Notes: a model not told the origin generated them from the sequence alone. 64,000 nucleotides of DNA from an uncultured Gammaproteobacteria bacterium (GCA_965230895.1 OZ246394.1:101879-165878), one strand, 5' to 3'. Positions 1 to 9,511 are shown, numbered from the stretch's first letter. Program-made: numbers and translations.

Positions 1-2
1 AG

Positions 3-320
3 TTGCTTGAAGAACGGGTATCATCAATTGAATCTATGTTTAGCGCATTTGGTGTGACATATGATGTCCATAAGCTTGTCAAAGATTTTGCAATTGCACA
101 TGGTATGCTTTCATATTCGGGTAAAAATGGGAAACAGCTTGCAACATATGCTGCAGAGCAGGCAAGACTGCAGGCGGATGATACAGACCAACGCATACGT
201 GCATTATATGCAATGCAGGAAATGCGAAAATCTCAAGAAGAAATGTATATAGATAGGGGCATTAATGAAATTGAACTGTATGTTAATAGAAAAGGAGAAG
301 ATTTAATACTTGCAAGTTAG
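3..320 (+). CDS. Hypothetical protein, C-terminal part (probably begins before the window)
   Basis: Open frame from the window edge to TAG at 318-320; no recognisable motif; ends RKGEDLILAS. Confidence 0.6.
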   Translation: MLEERVSSIESMFSAFGVTYDVHKLVKDFAIAHGMLSYSGKNGKQLATYAAEQARLQADDTDQRIRALYAMQEMRKSQEEMYIDRGINEIELYVNRKGEDLILAS

Positions 321-338
321 TTGCACTTGTGATAATAT
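310..338 (+). promoter_or_regulatory. zur promoter with overlapping palindromic operator (candidate Zur/Fur-family box)
   Basis: TGCAA-GTTAG-TTGCA inverted repeat (311-325) overlaps -35 TTGCAA (310-315); 17-bp spacer; -10 TAATAT (333-338) 6 nt before ATG 345. Confidence 0.55.
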
Positions 339-344
339 TGCATT

Positions 345-788
345 ATGGTTCACATACGAGCAGACCACGATTGTAAAGATGAATTAAACGAAGTAGAACT
401 TCGGGCAACTCCTGCGAGGATTGCTTTAATGCAGCTTCTTGAAACTACGGAAAAACCAGTAGATGTTCAGACAATGATTGATTTTCTTGAAAAGAAGGGG
501 ATTAAAACAGATCCTGCTACAGTATTTCGAATTGTTAATATGTTTACTGAAAAAGGACTCACGAAGCAAATTCAATTGCTCGAAGGAAAAGCTCGATACG
601 AATTAGCTGCTTCTTCTGATCACCATCATTTAGTCTGTTCTAAATGCGGAGACATTCAAGATATTTCTGATTGTAATATTGCTCTTTTGGAAAAAGATAT
701 TCAGACAAAAAAGAAATTTCGAGTAACAAGTCATTCTCTGGAGTTTTTTGGAATTTGCAATGACTGCCAGGAAAGAGGGTTGAAATGA
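345..788 (+). CDS. zur: Fur-family transcriptional regulator, probably Zur
   Basis: LRATPAR, ATVFR, HHHLVCxxC and FFGICxxC motifs; first gene of a zinc ABC operon. Confidence 0.85.
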   Translation: MVHIRADHDCKDELNEVELRATPARIALMQLLETTEKPVDVQTMIDFLEKKGIKTDPATVFRIVNMFTEKGLTKQIQLLEGKARYELAASSDHHHLVCSKCGDIQDISDCNIALLEKDIQTKKKFRVTSHSLEFFGICNDCQERGLK

Positions 789-1747
789 AAACTATTCTTC
801 GAGTGGTTCTTCTTATATCAATTATTATATTTGCATGTGTAGGGGTATACGCATTTACTCAAAATTCTTCATTGCAAAAAGACAATAAATTACAGGTAGC
901 TGCATCTTTTTATCCTATGTATTATTTTGCTTCTGAAATAGGTGGAGATCGTGCAACAGTCCGAAATATTACACCTTCAGGTGCTGAACCTCATGATTTC
1001 GAACCTACTGCAAAAGATATAGCTTCTATTGAAGCGAGTAAATTATTAGTTATCAATGGTGCGAACGTAGAAGCTTGGTATCCGAAAATTGAAAATGAAT
1101 TAAAACAGAATAGTGTTCAAATAGTTGTAGCATCAGAAGGGTTAACCACATTAGAGGGTACTGATGAACACGAGCATGAAGGGGAGGAACATAGTGCAGG
1201 TGAGCCAGAGGAGCATATCCAAGATCCGCATGTTTGGCTAAATCCTGTACTTGCTCAAAAAGAGGTTGAGAAAATTCGTGACGGATTTATCGCAGCTGAT
1301 CCTTCAGGAGAAGCTTATTATAACGCGAATACGCAATCATTGCTAGAAAGATTGCAATCTTTAGATAAAAAATATCGTGAAGGACTTGCAAGCTGTGAAC
1401 GTGAAGACATTGTTACTTCGCATACTGCTTTTGCCTACCTTGCAAAAGAGTATGGTTTGCATCAAGTTGCAATTTCAGGACTTTCGACGAGTGCTGAGCC
1501 TTCAACACAAGAATTAGCTGAAGTTGCGCAATTTGCAAGAGAACATCAAGTAAAGTATATCTTTTTTGAAAGTCTTATAAGTCCTAAATTATCCGAGACC
1601 ATTGCAACTGAGATAGGAGCAGAAACTTTGGTACTTGACCCAATTGAAGGAATACCAGATGATGAAATGGCGCAAGGCAAAAATTACTTTACAGTAATGG
1701 AAGATAATTTGACAAACTTGCAAACAGCTTTGGCATGCAGCAACTAA
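785..1747 (+). CDS. znuA: Zinc ABC transporter substrate-binding protein (ZnuA/AdcA family)
   Basis: GAEPHDFEP, His/Glu-rich loop, DPHVWLNP and HTAFAYLA motifs; N-terminal anchor. Confidence 0.9.
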   Translation: MKTILRVVLLISIIIFACVGVYAFTQNSSLQKDNKLQVAASFYPMYYFASEIGGDRATVRNITPSGAEPHDFEPTAKDIASIEASKLLVINGANVEAWYPKIENELKQNSVQIVVASEGLTTLEGTDEHEHEGEEHSAGEPEEHIQDPHVWLNPVLAQKEVEKIRDGFIAADPSGEAYYNANTQSLLERLQSLDKKYREGLASCEREDIVTSHTAFAYLAKEYGLHQVAISGLSTSAEPSTQELAEVAQFAREHQVKYIFFESLISPKLSETIATEIGAETLVLDPIEGIPDDEMAQGKNYFTVMEDNLTNLQTALACSN

Positions 1748-2484
1748 ACCACAAAGACACAATCATTGAACTTGAGAATGTCTGTTTCACATATACAAAT
1801 GAAGAAGTTATCAAAGATGTTTCTTTGGTAATACATAAAGGAGATTATCTTGGCATTGTAGGCCCAAATGGTGGTGGAAAAACAACATTACTAAAGCTTA
1901 TGTTAGGTCTTTTACGACCATATGATGGCCGAATTTCTCTCTTTAGTACTGAAATTTCAGTCTTTAAGCAATGGCCTCGAATTGGATATGTCCCTCAAAA
2001 AACTGTGTTCGCAACGAACTTTCCAATAACTGTTGAAGAAGTTGTTGCTATGGGAAGATATGGTAAAAGGGGTCTTTTTCATTTTTCCACAAAAGAAGAT
2101 AAAATAAAAACTCACAAGGCACTGGATCAAGTTGATATGCTTGAGTATAAAGATCGTCAAATAAGTGAACTTTCCGGTGGACAACAACAGCGCGTATTTA
2201 TAGCTCGAGCGCTTGCAACTGAACCTGAGATTATTTTTCTTGACGAGCCAACAGTTGGTGTTGATGTAAAAACCCAAAAGCAGTTTTACCAGTTACTTCG
2301 TAAATTAAACAAAGAGCTTAACCTTACTTTAGTTCTTGTTTCTCACGAATTAGATGTAGTAGCGCATGAGGCAACTGAACTTGTTTATATTAATAGAACA
2401 CTTGAGTATTATGGTGATCCAAATGAATTTCTTAAAGGAGCATATTTCCATGAACTTATAGAAAAAGGAGGGCTCCACCACTAA
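1735..2484 (+). CDS. znuC: Zinc ABC transporter ATP-binding protein
   Basis: Walker A GPNGGGKTT, IGYVPQ, LSGGQQQRV, LDEPT. Confidence 0.9.
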   Translation: MQQLNHKDTIIELENVCFTYTNEEVIKDVSLVIHKGDYLGIVGPNGGGKTTLLKLMLGLLRPYDGRISLFSTEISVFKQWPRIGYVPQKTVFATNFPITVEEVVAMGRYGKRGLFHFSTKEDKIKTHKALDQVDMLEYKDRQISELSGGQQQRVFIARALATEPEIIFLDEPTVGVDVKTQKQFYQLLRKLNKELNLTLVLVSHELDVVAHEATELVYINRTLEYYGDPNEFLKGAYFHELIEKGGLHH

Positions 2485-3284
2485 TGTTAGATATTTTTCA
2501 ATATGGATTTGTTCTACGGGGTTTCCAAGCAGGAATTATTATTGCCATAATAGCACCGCTTATCGGAATGTTCCTTGTATTACGACGATATTCTTTGATT
2601 GCTGATACTTTGTCTCATGTCTCCCTTGCAGGCGTAGCAGTTGGATTACTTCTGAAAGTTAACCCGCTTATTACAGCAATTATTGCGGCGGTTTTATCGT
2701 CAGTACTTATCGAACGGTTGCGAATGAGTAAAAGAATTTATGGAGAATCAGCACTTTCGATTTTTCTTTCTGGCAGCTTAGCACTTGCTATCATTTTAAT
2801 AAGTTTGGCTGGTGGTTTTGGAGTTGATCTGTTTAGTTATTTGTTTGGAAGTATTGTTACAGTAAGGCAAAATGATGTCTATATTATAGCTGGACTTGGA
2901 ATTGCTGTTATTGGAATAATTATTGCTTTTTATAAGGAGCTTGTTTATACAACATTCGATGAAGAAGCTGCCCAAGTAAGTGGGGTGCCGACTAAGTTTA
3001 TTAATATACTACTAATTGTCCTTGCTGCATTAACTGTTTCTTTATCAATTCCCATTGTAGGGGTCTTACTTATTGCTGCGCTTATCGTCATTCCAGTTGT
3101 TACTGCATTACAGTTTAGGTTGGGATTTCTGCAAACTATAATCGTTGCTGAAGTAATTTCGATTGTTTCTGTTATCGGAGGTATAATTGCTGCGTATTAT
3201 CTCAATGTCTCAACTGGTGGAACAATAGTGCTTTTTACAGTGCTCGTATTTATAACAGCATATATGCTCCAGAGGGTTAAATAA
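2484..3284 (+). CDS. znuB: Zinc ABC transporter permease (ABC-3 family)
   Basis: LRRYSLIADTLSHVSLAG, SYLFGSI and FDEEAA motifs; multiple TM helices. Confidence 0.9.
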   Translation: MLDIFQYGFVLRGFQAGIIIAIIAPLIGMFLVLRRYSLIADTLSHVSLAGVAVGLLLKVNPLITAIIAAVLSSVLIERLRMSKRIYGESALSIFLSGSLALAIILISLAGGFGVDLFSYLFGSIVTVRQNDVYIIAGLGIAVIGIIIAFYKELVYTTFDEEAAQVSGVPTKFINILLIVLAALTVSLSIPIVGVLLIAALIVIPVVTALQFRLGFLQTIIVAEVISIVSVIGGIIAAYYLNVSTGGTIVLFTVLVFITAYMLQRVK

Positions 3285-3300
3285 TTTCGAAAAAGAGGAT

Positions 3301-3771
3301 TTAATTACCACTCTCACTGCTAATATTTTCAATATCCTTTTGTACATCGTCAATTGCTGATCCACTTGCACCTGTATCAACAGAATCAATCTCATCTTGG
3401 ACACTTTGCGTAGGTGCTACTGTTGGAACCTCAGTTGGTTGTTGTTCAACAGTAGTTGTTGGAGTTACATTAGTCTGACCCATTGGGTTTTGGGTAAGAA
3501 GTAATGCTGCAGATGCTGCTAAAAGCACAACAAATACAACCGCAGCGACTATAATACCAACTTTATTGCTTTTCTTTGGTGGTGTACTTCCATCTGCTGG
3601 AGGGGTTGTTGGAGCAGCTGTTCCAGGAGCTGGATTTGGCGCAGGCGGTGGAGGAGTGCCTGGTGTTATTGGATTTGCAGGTGAAGGTGTTTGTGGCCCT
3701 GTTTGCGCTGGCGCTGGATTAGGGTTTTGTGTTGGATTTGGATTCTGATTGTTATTTTGATTCTGGTCCAT
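3301..3771 (-). CDS. Single-TM membrane protein with Pro/Asn/Thr-rich disordered arms
   Basis: NP/PA/PT low-complexity N-terminus, KK followed by a TM helix, PT-rich C-terminus; ATG 3771 directly after the upstream stop. Confidence 0.7.
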   Translation of the reverse strand: MDQNQNNNQNPNPTQNPNPAPAQTGPQTPSPANPITPGTPPPPAPNPAPGTAAPTTPPADGSTPPKKSNKVGIIVAAVVFVVLLAASAALLLTQNPMGQTNVTPTTTVEQQPTEVPTVAPTQSVQDEIDSVDTGASGSAIDDVQKDIENISSESGN

Positions 3772-3772
3772 A

Positions 3773-4600
3773 TTATTGTGCTGCTGTCGGCATTGGATCA
3801 TTTGTCGCAGTTGGTTGGGATTCGAGCTTCATCAACTCTATTGCAACTTGTTTTACTGCGTCTTTAGATATTTTAACCTTTTCATGAGTCGTTTGTAAAT
3901 CACTTTTTAATTGTCCAAAAACTTCTTTAAAGCTAGGCTTTAAATTTGCTTCATCAGTGACATTTGCGGTATATGTTTTTGCAGCTTGGACGGCGATTGC
4001 TGATTGCGCATTTGTGATTGCCGCTTTTGCGTCTGTAATTGCTTTTTCAACAGCAGCGGTATCTTTGCCCGAAGCTTTTTGTTCATTTGTCCTGTCGATT
4101 AGCTTATTCAAGATTTCTTGTAACTTTGTGATAGCTTCACTCATTTTTGTAGTCTGTGCTTGGTTTGATGCCGCAAGTTTAGTATCTATTGTTTCAGCTG
4201 ACATTTTCTTTTTTTCATCTCTGATTGCTGCAATCTTTGCTTTGAAAGCGTCTTTTTCTGCTTGCATTTGAGATTTCATAGCGTCTCGTTTTGATTGTAC
4301 TTCTTTCATAAATTCAGTTTTTTGTTGTTGTATGTCTACTTTCATCTGATTTCTCATATCTTGAACGTTCTGCTTCATATCCATACGGAATTCCATTGTT
4401 GAGGGCGTGTTTTGGCCTTGCATTGTCCTTGGTTCTCCTTGGAAAGGTCTTGTTTGTTTTTCAGGACTTCCTTCAGGCCGAGCTTCCATAGTATTCATTT
4501 GGGGATTTGGATTATAGTTTTGGATATTCTCTGCATAAACAGGAGAGGCGATAACTCCAAAAAGCGTGAGGATTGCAATAACAAGCAGGTTTCTTTGCAT
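3773..4600 (-). CDS. Secreted coiled-coil/helical-bundle protein
   Basis: Signal peptide ending VYA; long K/A/Q/M-rich heptad helices. Confidence 0.75.
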   Translation of the reverse strand: MQRNLLVIAILTLFGVIASPVYAENIQNYNPNPQMNTMEARPEGSPEKQTRPFQGEPRTMQGQNTPSTMEFRMDMKQNVQDMRNQMKVDIQQQKTEFMKEVQSKRDAMKSQMQAEKDAFKAKIAAIRDEKKKMSAETIDTKLAASNQAQTTKMSEAITKLQEILNKLIDRTNEQKASGKDTAAVEKAITDAKAAITNAQSAIAVQAAKTYTANVTDEANLKPSFKEVFGQLKSDLQTTHEKVKISKDAVKQVAIELMKLESQPTATNDPMPTAAQ

Positions 4601-4631
4601 GTCTTTAGAGTAACTTTATAGGTATTTTTTG

Positions 4632-4838
4632 TCAAGTGTTCAGCATAGTTTCCATTGGATTTTCTTGAACTTCCCAATCTTGGATTAGTGTGCTTTCCTC
4701 CGTATCACTTGTGTAATCAGAAGAAGCTATTTCATACGTCGGAGCGCCAGTAGATTCTTCAAGATTCGTAAACCCAGCGGTCAGTGTAAATATCAAACCA
4801 ATAATGATGGTAAAAAATATAAGGATTGATTTTTTCAT
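4632..4838 (-). CDS. Small membrane-anchored acidic protein
   Basis: MKK plus hydrophobic helix, acidic tail; first gene after the direct-repeat promoter. Confidence 0.6.
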   Translation of the reverse strand: MKKSILIFFTIIIGLIFTLTAGFTNLEESTGAPTYEIASSDYTSDTEESTLIQDWEVQENPMETMLNT

Positions 4839-4849
4839 CGAGAATTTTG

Positions 4850-4882
4850 AGTTTATAGCGGCTTCCTTAATTAATCCTTAAT
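4850..4882 (-). promoter_or_regulatory. Response-regulator direct-repeat site plus -10 box
   Basis: Minus strand ATTAAG-GATTA-ATTAAG, 10 nt, TAAACT; same layout at 13844, 15579 and 39971. Confidence 0.65.
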
Positions 4883-4907
4883 GGCGCCTCTGTTATAATA
4901 GATGTCG

Positions 4908-6293
4908 ATGGTTAAACAGCATAAGATTATCGGAACATTAGCCCCAATTTTTTCTCTTCGCAGTAATCATCAACCACTTCAAGATCATGGAACGTTTGAA
5001 ACAGGATTGTATTTTCTCGATTGGCTAAAAAAGACAAAGCAGAATGCTTGGCAAATACTTCCATTTAATGAAACCCAGCTTGAAAAAAACTCTGCTACAA
5101 AGCACGTACCATCTCCATATAAAGGATATGGTATTGGTCTAGCGCCCAAATATCTTTCTTCACATTTTGCAAAACAAAAACCAGATACACAGACAAAAAA
5201 TAAGTTTATCTCACAACATAAAAATTGGCTTGAAGACTATGCAATATTCTGTTCAATTAGAGATTTCTATGGAACTGATGATTGGCGACTTTGGGAAAAA
5301 CCATTACGTTTAAGAGAAAAAGGTGTATTAACGGAATGGGCAAAAAAACATAAAGCAGAAATTGACTATTATATAGTGCAACAATGGCAACTCCATGAAT
5401 CGTATAGACAACTTCACAATAAGGCAAAAGACTTAGAGATTTCTCTCATTGGTGATATACCATTTTACTTATCAATACAAAGTCCGTTAGTCTGGGCAAA
5501 CCAAAAAGCATTTCAAATAAATAAGAATGGTTCCTTATCGATTGTTTCAGGAATTCCCCAAACAGCAGGAACATATTTTGGGAGGCAAGTCTGGGGACAC
5601 CCTCTTTATAATTGGGAGCATAAAGATGAAGTGATGAAATTGTGGAAGCTTCGCTTGTGGTACAAATCTCTATTATTTGAAAATATCCGTATTGATCATG
5701 CCCGAGCGTTTTTCGATTATGGAGCAATCGATACGAATCATCCAGAGAATGATTCGTATCTTGATGGTCCAGGGGGAGATGTCCTCGAAGAATTAATTGC
5801 TTTTAGTCAACAAAATGCTATGTCAGTTTTTGTAGAAGACAGTGGAGATGGAACAGGTAAGTTACGAGAAAGCATGCATAAATTAGATATACCGGGAATA
5901 AAAATTTATTACTTTGCGATACATCCAAATGGTGAAGATGTAAATGCTAAATATGCTTTTATAAAAGAATACCCAGAGAATTGCGTTGCTTATACGACCA
6001 CACATGATACATTAACTCTTCTTGGGTATATGCAACTTCTTAATGAAGAAAAGAAGAGTAAGCTGGCGAAAGCTGCAGATATTGTATTTGTTTCAGATGA
6101 GCAAATGGCTGAAACATTGAGACATAAGGTTATTCATTCTCCCGCGAAGATAGTCATAATACCTATTCAAGATTGGTTACTCACAACAGATCGGATTAAT
6201 GTCCCGGGGACTGAAAAAGAGATAGGAGATACAAATTGGCGCTTTAAGTTAGCTCAGACAATTGAAGATTTACCCACAAATATTAACTCTTGA
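4908..6293 (+). CDS. malQ: 4-alpha-glucanotransferase (amylomaltase, GH77)
   Basis: WQILP, SPY, GDIPFY, GQVWGHPLYNW, RIDH, ED and THD catalytic motifs, RINVPGT; start 4902 or 4908. Confidence 0.9.
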   Translation: MVKQHKIIGTLAPIFSLRSNHQPLQDHGTFETGLYFLDWLKKTKQNAWQILPFNETQLEKNSATKHVPSPYKGYGIGLAPKYLSSHFAKQKPDTQTKNKFISQHKNWLEDYAIFCSIRDFYGTDDWRLWEKPLRLREKGVLTEWAKKHKAEIDYYIVQQWQLHESYRQLHNKAKDLEISLIGDIPFYLSIQSPLVWANQKAFQINKNGSLSIVSGIPQTAGTYFGRQVWGHPLYNWEHKDEVMKLWKLRLWYKSLLFENIRIDHARAFFDYGAIDTNHPENDSYLDGPGGDVLEELIAFSQQNAMSVFVEDSGDGTGKLRESMHKLDIPGIKIYYFAIHPNGEDVNAKYAFIKEYPENCVAYTTTHDTLTLLGYMQLLNEEKKSKLAKAADIVFVSDEQMAETLRHKVIHSPAKIVIIPIQDWLLTTDRINVPGTEKEIGDTNWRFKLAQTIEDLPTNINS

Positions 6294-6329
6294 TACTCCT
6301 GGTACTTTTGGTACACTGGATACTCAAAT

Positions 6330-7673
6330 ATGACACAAAAAGAAGCGCTTGATATGTTAAAACTGGGGCACAATGTCTTCCTCACTGGACCTGCTGGTTC
6401 AGGCAAAACTTTTCTCCTCAATCAATACATACAATATCTAAAAGACAATAAAATTCCTGTAGGGATTACAGCATCTACTGGTATTGCATCAACACATATG
6501 GGTGGGACGACAATTCATAGTTGGTCGGGGATTGGGATACGGGATATTTTGCACGAGAAAGATATTTCTGATTTGATGAAGCGTCAGTATTTGCGCAATC
6601 GATTTAAGAAGACTCGAGTTTTGATCATTGATGAGATTTCAATGTTACATGCACATCGATTAGATTTGGTTGATGCTATTTGTCGAGTTTTCAAACAAAA
6701 CTCAATTCCGTTTGGAGGAATGCAAGTCATTATGTGTGGTGATTTCTTTCAACTACCACCAGTTGTAAAGCGTGAGAAGGGAGAGAATGCAGTACAGATT
6801 TCCGAAGAGTCTCAGTTCGTTACAAACTCAAATATATGGAACAATATGCAGCTTGAAATTTGTTATCTTGAGGAGCAACATCGGCAAGATGATAGAGCTT
6901 TCCTCAGAGTGCTTAATGACATTCGAAATAGCGAAGTGACGGAAATGACATACGAATATTTAGCAGAGCGATTGGATAAAGATACAAATGGATACGCTAA
7001 TCCGACAAGATTATTTACACATAATGCAGATGTCGATGCAATAAATAAAAAACATTTAGAAGAGCTTGATGGTGAAGAACATGAGTATATGATGAATTGG
7101 CGAGGCAGTTTTGGTTTAACTGAAGTTTTGAAAAAAAGCTGTTTGGCACCAGAGACATTAGTTCTGAAAAAAGGTGCACAAGTTATGTTTGTAAAAAATA
7201 ACTATGAAGAAGGGTATGTTAATGGAACTCTTGGAGAAGTGATTAACTTTGATAAAAATGATCTGCCGATTGTCAGAACATTTGATGGATCAGAGATAAC
7301 GGTTCGTCAATCTGATTGGGAAGTGAAAGAAGATGATCGTGAAGTCGCGGCAATTTCACAGCTACCGTTAAGACTCGCTTGGGCGATTACCGTGCACAAA
7401 AGTCAGGGGATGAGCTTGGACGCAGCGGAAATTGATCTGAGTAGATCATTTATCCCAGGTATGGGGTACGTTGCGTTGTCTCGAGTGAGAAGTCTAGCAG
7501 GGCTCAAATTGATGGGACTCAATCAAATGGCATTGCAAGTAAATCAAGCCGTTGCAGAAATGGATCGTGAGTTTTTACAAAGATCGAATGAAGGAATTCT
7601 GTACCTAGCAAAATTAGATAAAGAGAAAAAAGCACAAAAGCAAATAGATTTTCTTCAATACTTAAAAAGCTAA
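6330..7673 (+). CDS. PIF1-family 5'-3' DNA helicase
   Basis: TGPAGSGKT, GTTIHSWSG, IIDEISM, GDFFQLPPV, QLPLRLAWAITVHKSQGMSL, YVALSR. Confidence 0.9.
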   Translation: MTQKEALDMLKLGHNVFLTGPAGSGKTFLLNQYIQYLKDNKIPVGITASTGIASTHMGGTTIHSWSGIGIRDILHEKDISDLMKRQYLRNRFKKTRVLIIDEISMLHAHRLDLVDAICRVFKQNSIPFGGMQVIMCGDFFQLPPVVKREKGENAVQISEESQFVTNSNIWNNMQLEICYLEEQHRQDDRAFLRVLNDIRNSEVTEMTYEYLAERLDKDTNGYANPTRLFTHNADVDAINKKHLEELDGEEHEYMMNWRGSFGLTEVLKKSCLAPETLVLKKGAQVMFVKNNYEEGYVNGTLGEVINFDKNDLPIVRTFDGSEITVRQSDWEVKEDDREVAAISQLPLRLAWAITVHKSQGMSLDAAEIDLSRSFIPGMGYVALSRVRSLAGLKLMGLNQMALQVNQAVAEMDREFLQRSNEGILYLAKLDKEKKAQKQIDFLQYLKS

Positions 7674-7785
7674 GTATATTCTTGTCGTATATTTTTTCTT
7701 CTTATTCTTTCTCTGTTCTTACCACGTTTTAGCATTCCTTTATACAGTCGGGTTTACACTTAAATACGTAAAGGAGGTGATGTCT

Positions 7786-7977
7786 ATGACAGATGTAAAA
7801 GCTATTGGGCAAAAGATTAATGGGCAGGTCATACAGTTAAAAGGTGAAATAAACCAACAAGAAGGGAAAGGTGTCAAAGGAGGTTTGCAAAAGATTTCAG
7901 GAAAACTTGATGAAGTGATGGCAGATGCAAAAATTAAATTAGATCAAGCAAAGCAGGAGAGACAATCAAAAAAATGA
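7786..7977 (+). CDS. CsbD-like small stress protein
   Basis: KIxGQxxQLKG...KGGLQKISGKL pattern; SD AAGGAGGTGA at 7771-7780. Confidence 0.6.
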   Translation: MTDVKAIGQKINGQVIQLKGEINQQEGKGVKGGLQKISGKLDEVMADAKIKLDQAKQERQSKK

Positions 7978-8003
7978 TTATTGTTTGGTTTAAAGACAAT
8001 ATA

Positions 8004-8030
8004 AAAGGGAGCGGCAAAGCCGCTCCCTTT
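8004..8030. terminator. Bidirectional intrinsic terminator
   Basis: AAAGGGAGCGGC-AAA-GCCGCTCCCTTT perfect stem between convergent genes. Confidence 0.85.
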
Positions 8031-8053
8031 ATTCAAGGAATTACATTGCAATA

Positions 8054-8566
8054 TTATTTATTGCAATTATCTTGATGGTTCCAATTTCCGCCTTTAGCTT
8101 CATGCATCTTTTTCATATGATCCATGTGCCAGTTCTTAAAGTCATTCTTTTCCCAATCTTCGCTTCGATTGTCCCACCAATTTTTGTTATTATCCTTTGA
8201 CCATTTGTAATAGTCATTCCAATCATAGTCCATGTTACGATCATGGTCCCATTGATATCCTTTACTATTCATCCATTCATCGTATCGACCCCAATCGTTT
8301 CCGTATTGGTTCTTGTCATGGTTGTAATAGTTTGTTGCATACCAATTTTCACTACCTTTATGGTCATTCTTGGACCAGTCATTTCTGTCCCAAGCCTTTT
8401 TATCGTCATTCCACTTCCAGTCTGACTTCTGACCATATGAGTGATCGTTGTTTTGCCATGTATTGTGGCCGTTTCCATCATAAGTCGCCATTGCTGAACC
8501 TGTAAGTGACATGCCGAGCATTGCTACTGTTGCACCTGCTGTAATTAGTGTTTTTGTTAACGTCAT
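8054..8566 (-). CDS. Secreted Trp/Asp/Asn/His-rich low-complexity protein
   Basis: SD AAGGAGGTGA (8571-8580) then ATG; signal peptide ending AMA; W/D/N-rich mature part. Confidence 0.75.
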   Translation of the reverse strand: MTLTKTLITAGATVAMLGMSLTGSAMATYDGNGHNTWQNNDHSYGQKSDWKWNDDKKAWDRNDWSKNDHKGSENWYATNYYNHDKNQYGNDWGRYDEWMNSKGYQWDHDRNMDYDWNDYYKWSKDNNKNWWDNRSEDWEKNDFKNWHMDHMKKMHEAKGGNWNHQDNCNK

Positions 8567-8758
8567 TTTTTCACCTCCTTTCTTAAAAATAATTAATCTC
8601 ATTAAGATTAATAGGACTTGATTATCTGTATTCTATGTAAGGTTTGCTTAAACAAAGTTAATAGACTTGTAATAGAGTTTATTAGAGCTTTATTTTTCAC
8701 TAGTATTTAAGCTTTCTATGCTTTAGGCATTAATATTTGTTATAATCACTAAGCTTTT

Positions 8759-9511
8759 ATGAGTGTTACAAATACTATTCCAAAAGAATTAGAGAAACAA
8801 AAAGAACAAGCACTTTCTCTTATGAAAGATGCAGGCTTTCCAGTTACAACTGAAGTAGGTGTTTTATTAGATAAAGAGTTGCCCTTCATGGGGTATACAA
8901 CAGAACAAAATGGGAAGCCAGTTATTGTTGTTTCTGAGCAAGCGTCGACTGGTGGGATGGCAATTAATTTATTGGTGCATGAATTAAGCCATGTCTATAG
9001 AATTCAATCCGGACACCCCTCACACAATTATTCTCTCATAACAAATATTATGAATTTTGTTGCACAGGGTAGAATAGTCTATTCGTATCAGGAAGAAATT
9101 GTCGGTACTATTATTAATCATTTACAAGACATTTATGCTGATGATATTTCATTTAAAATATTTGCAAAAACTGCGCAACATCAGGATCTCAATGAATTCT
9201 TCCTTACGTGGATTCACGAGCCAAGTACTGCAAAGGATTCTGTCCAACGTTCATGGGAAAATGCGGCAGGCTTTGTAAGCGCGGCTTTTGCCATATCAAA
9301 TCTTGAACGACATAAGGTGCATGATCAAAATGGAATTGTTGCGGATGCAGTCTCACAATACCTTGGAAAAGCAGGAAAGGGAAAAGAAAATTCATTCTAT
9401 TTCTTCAAAGAATTTATGACAAGAATGCCAGAGGAAGTCACTGATAAAGAATATGAAAAGCTACTTATCCATTACCTCAATGAGTTCTTTAAACTTACCA
9501 ACGTTTTATAA
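8759..9511 (+). CDS. Putative zinc metallopeptidase (HExxH; DUF5781-like)
   Basis: LLVHELSHVYR...HPSH motif; the family name is recalled, not searched. Confidence 0.55.
   Translation: MSVTNTIPKELEKQKEQALSLMKDAGFPVTTEVGVLLDKELPFMGYTTEQNGKPVIVVSEQASTGGMAINLLVHELSHVYRIQSGHPSHNYSLITNIMNFVAQGRIVYSYQEEIVGTIINHLQDIYADDISFKIFAKTAQHQDLNEFFLTWIHEPSTAKDSVQRSWENAAGFVSAAFAISNLERHKVHDQNGIVADAVSQYLGKAGKGKENSFYFFKEFMTRMPEEVTDKEYEKLLIHYLNEFFKLTNVL

Noticed and set aside
7725-7756. SigB-type promoter upstream of the csbD-like gene
   Set aside because: Spacing between GTTT and GGGTTT is too long; TACACT gives an ordinary -10
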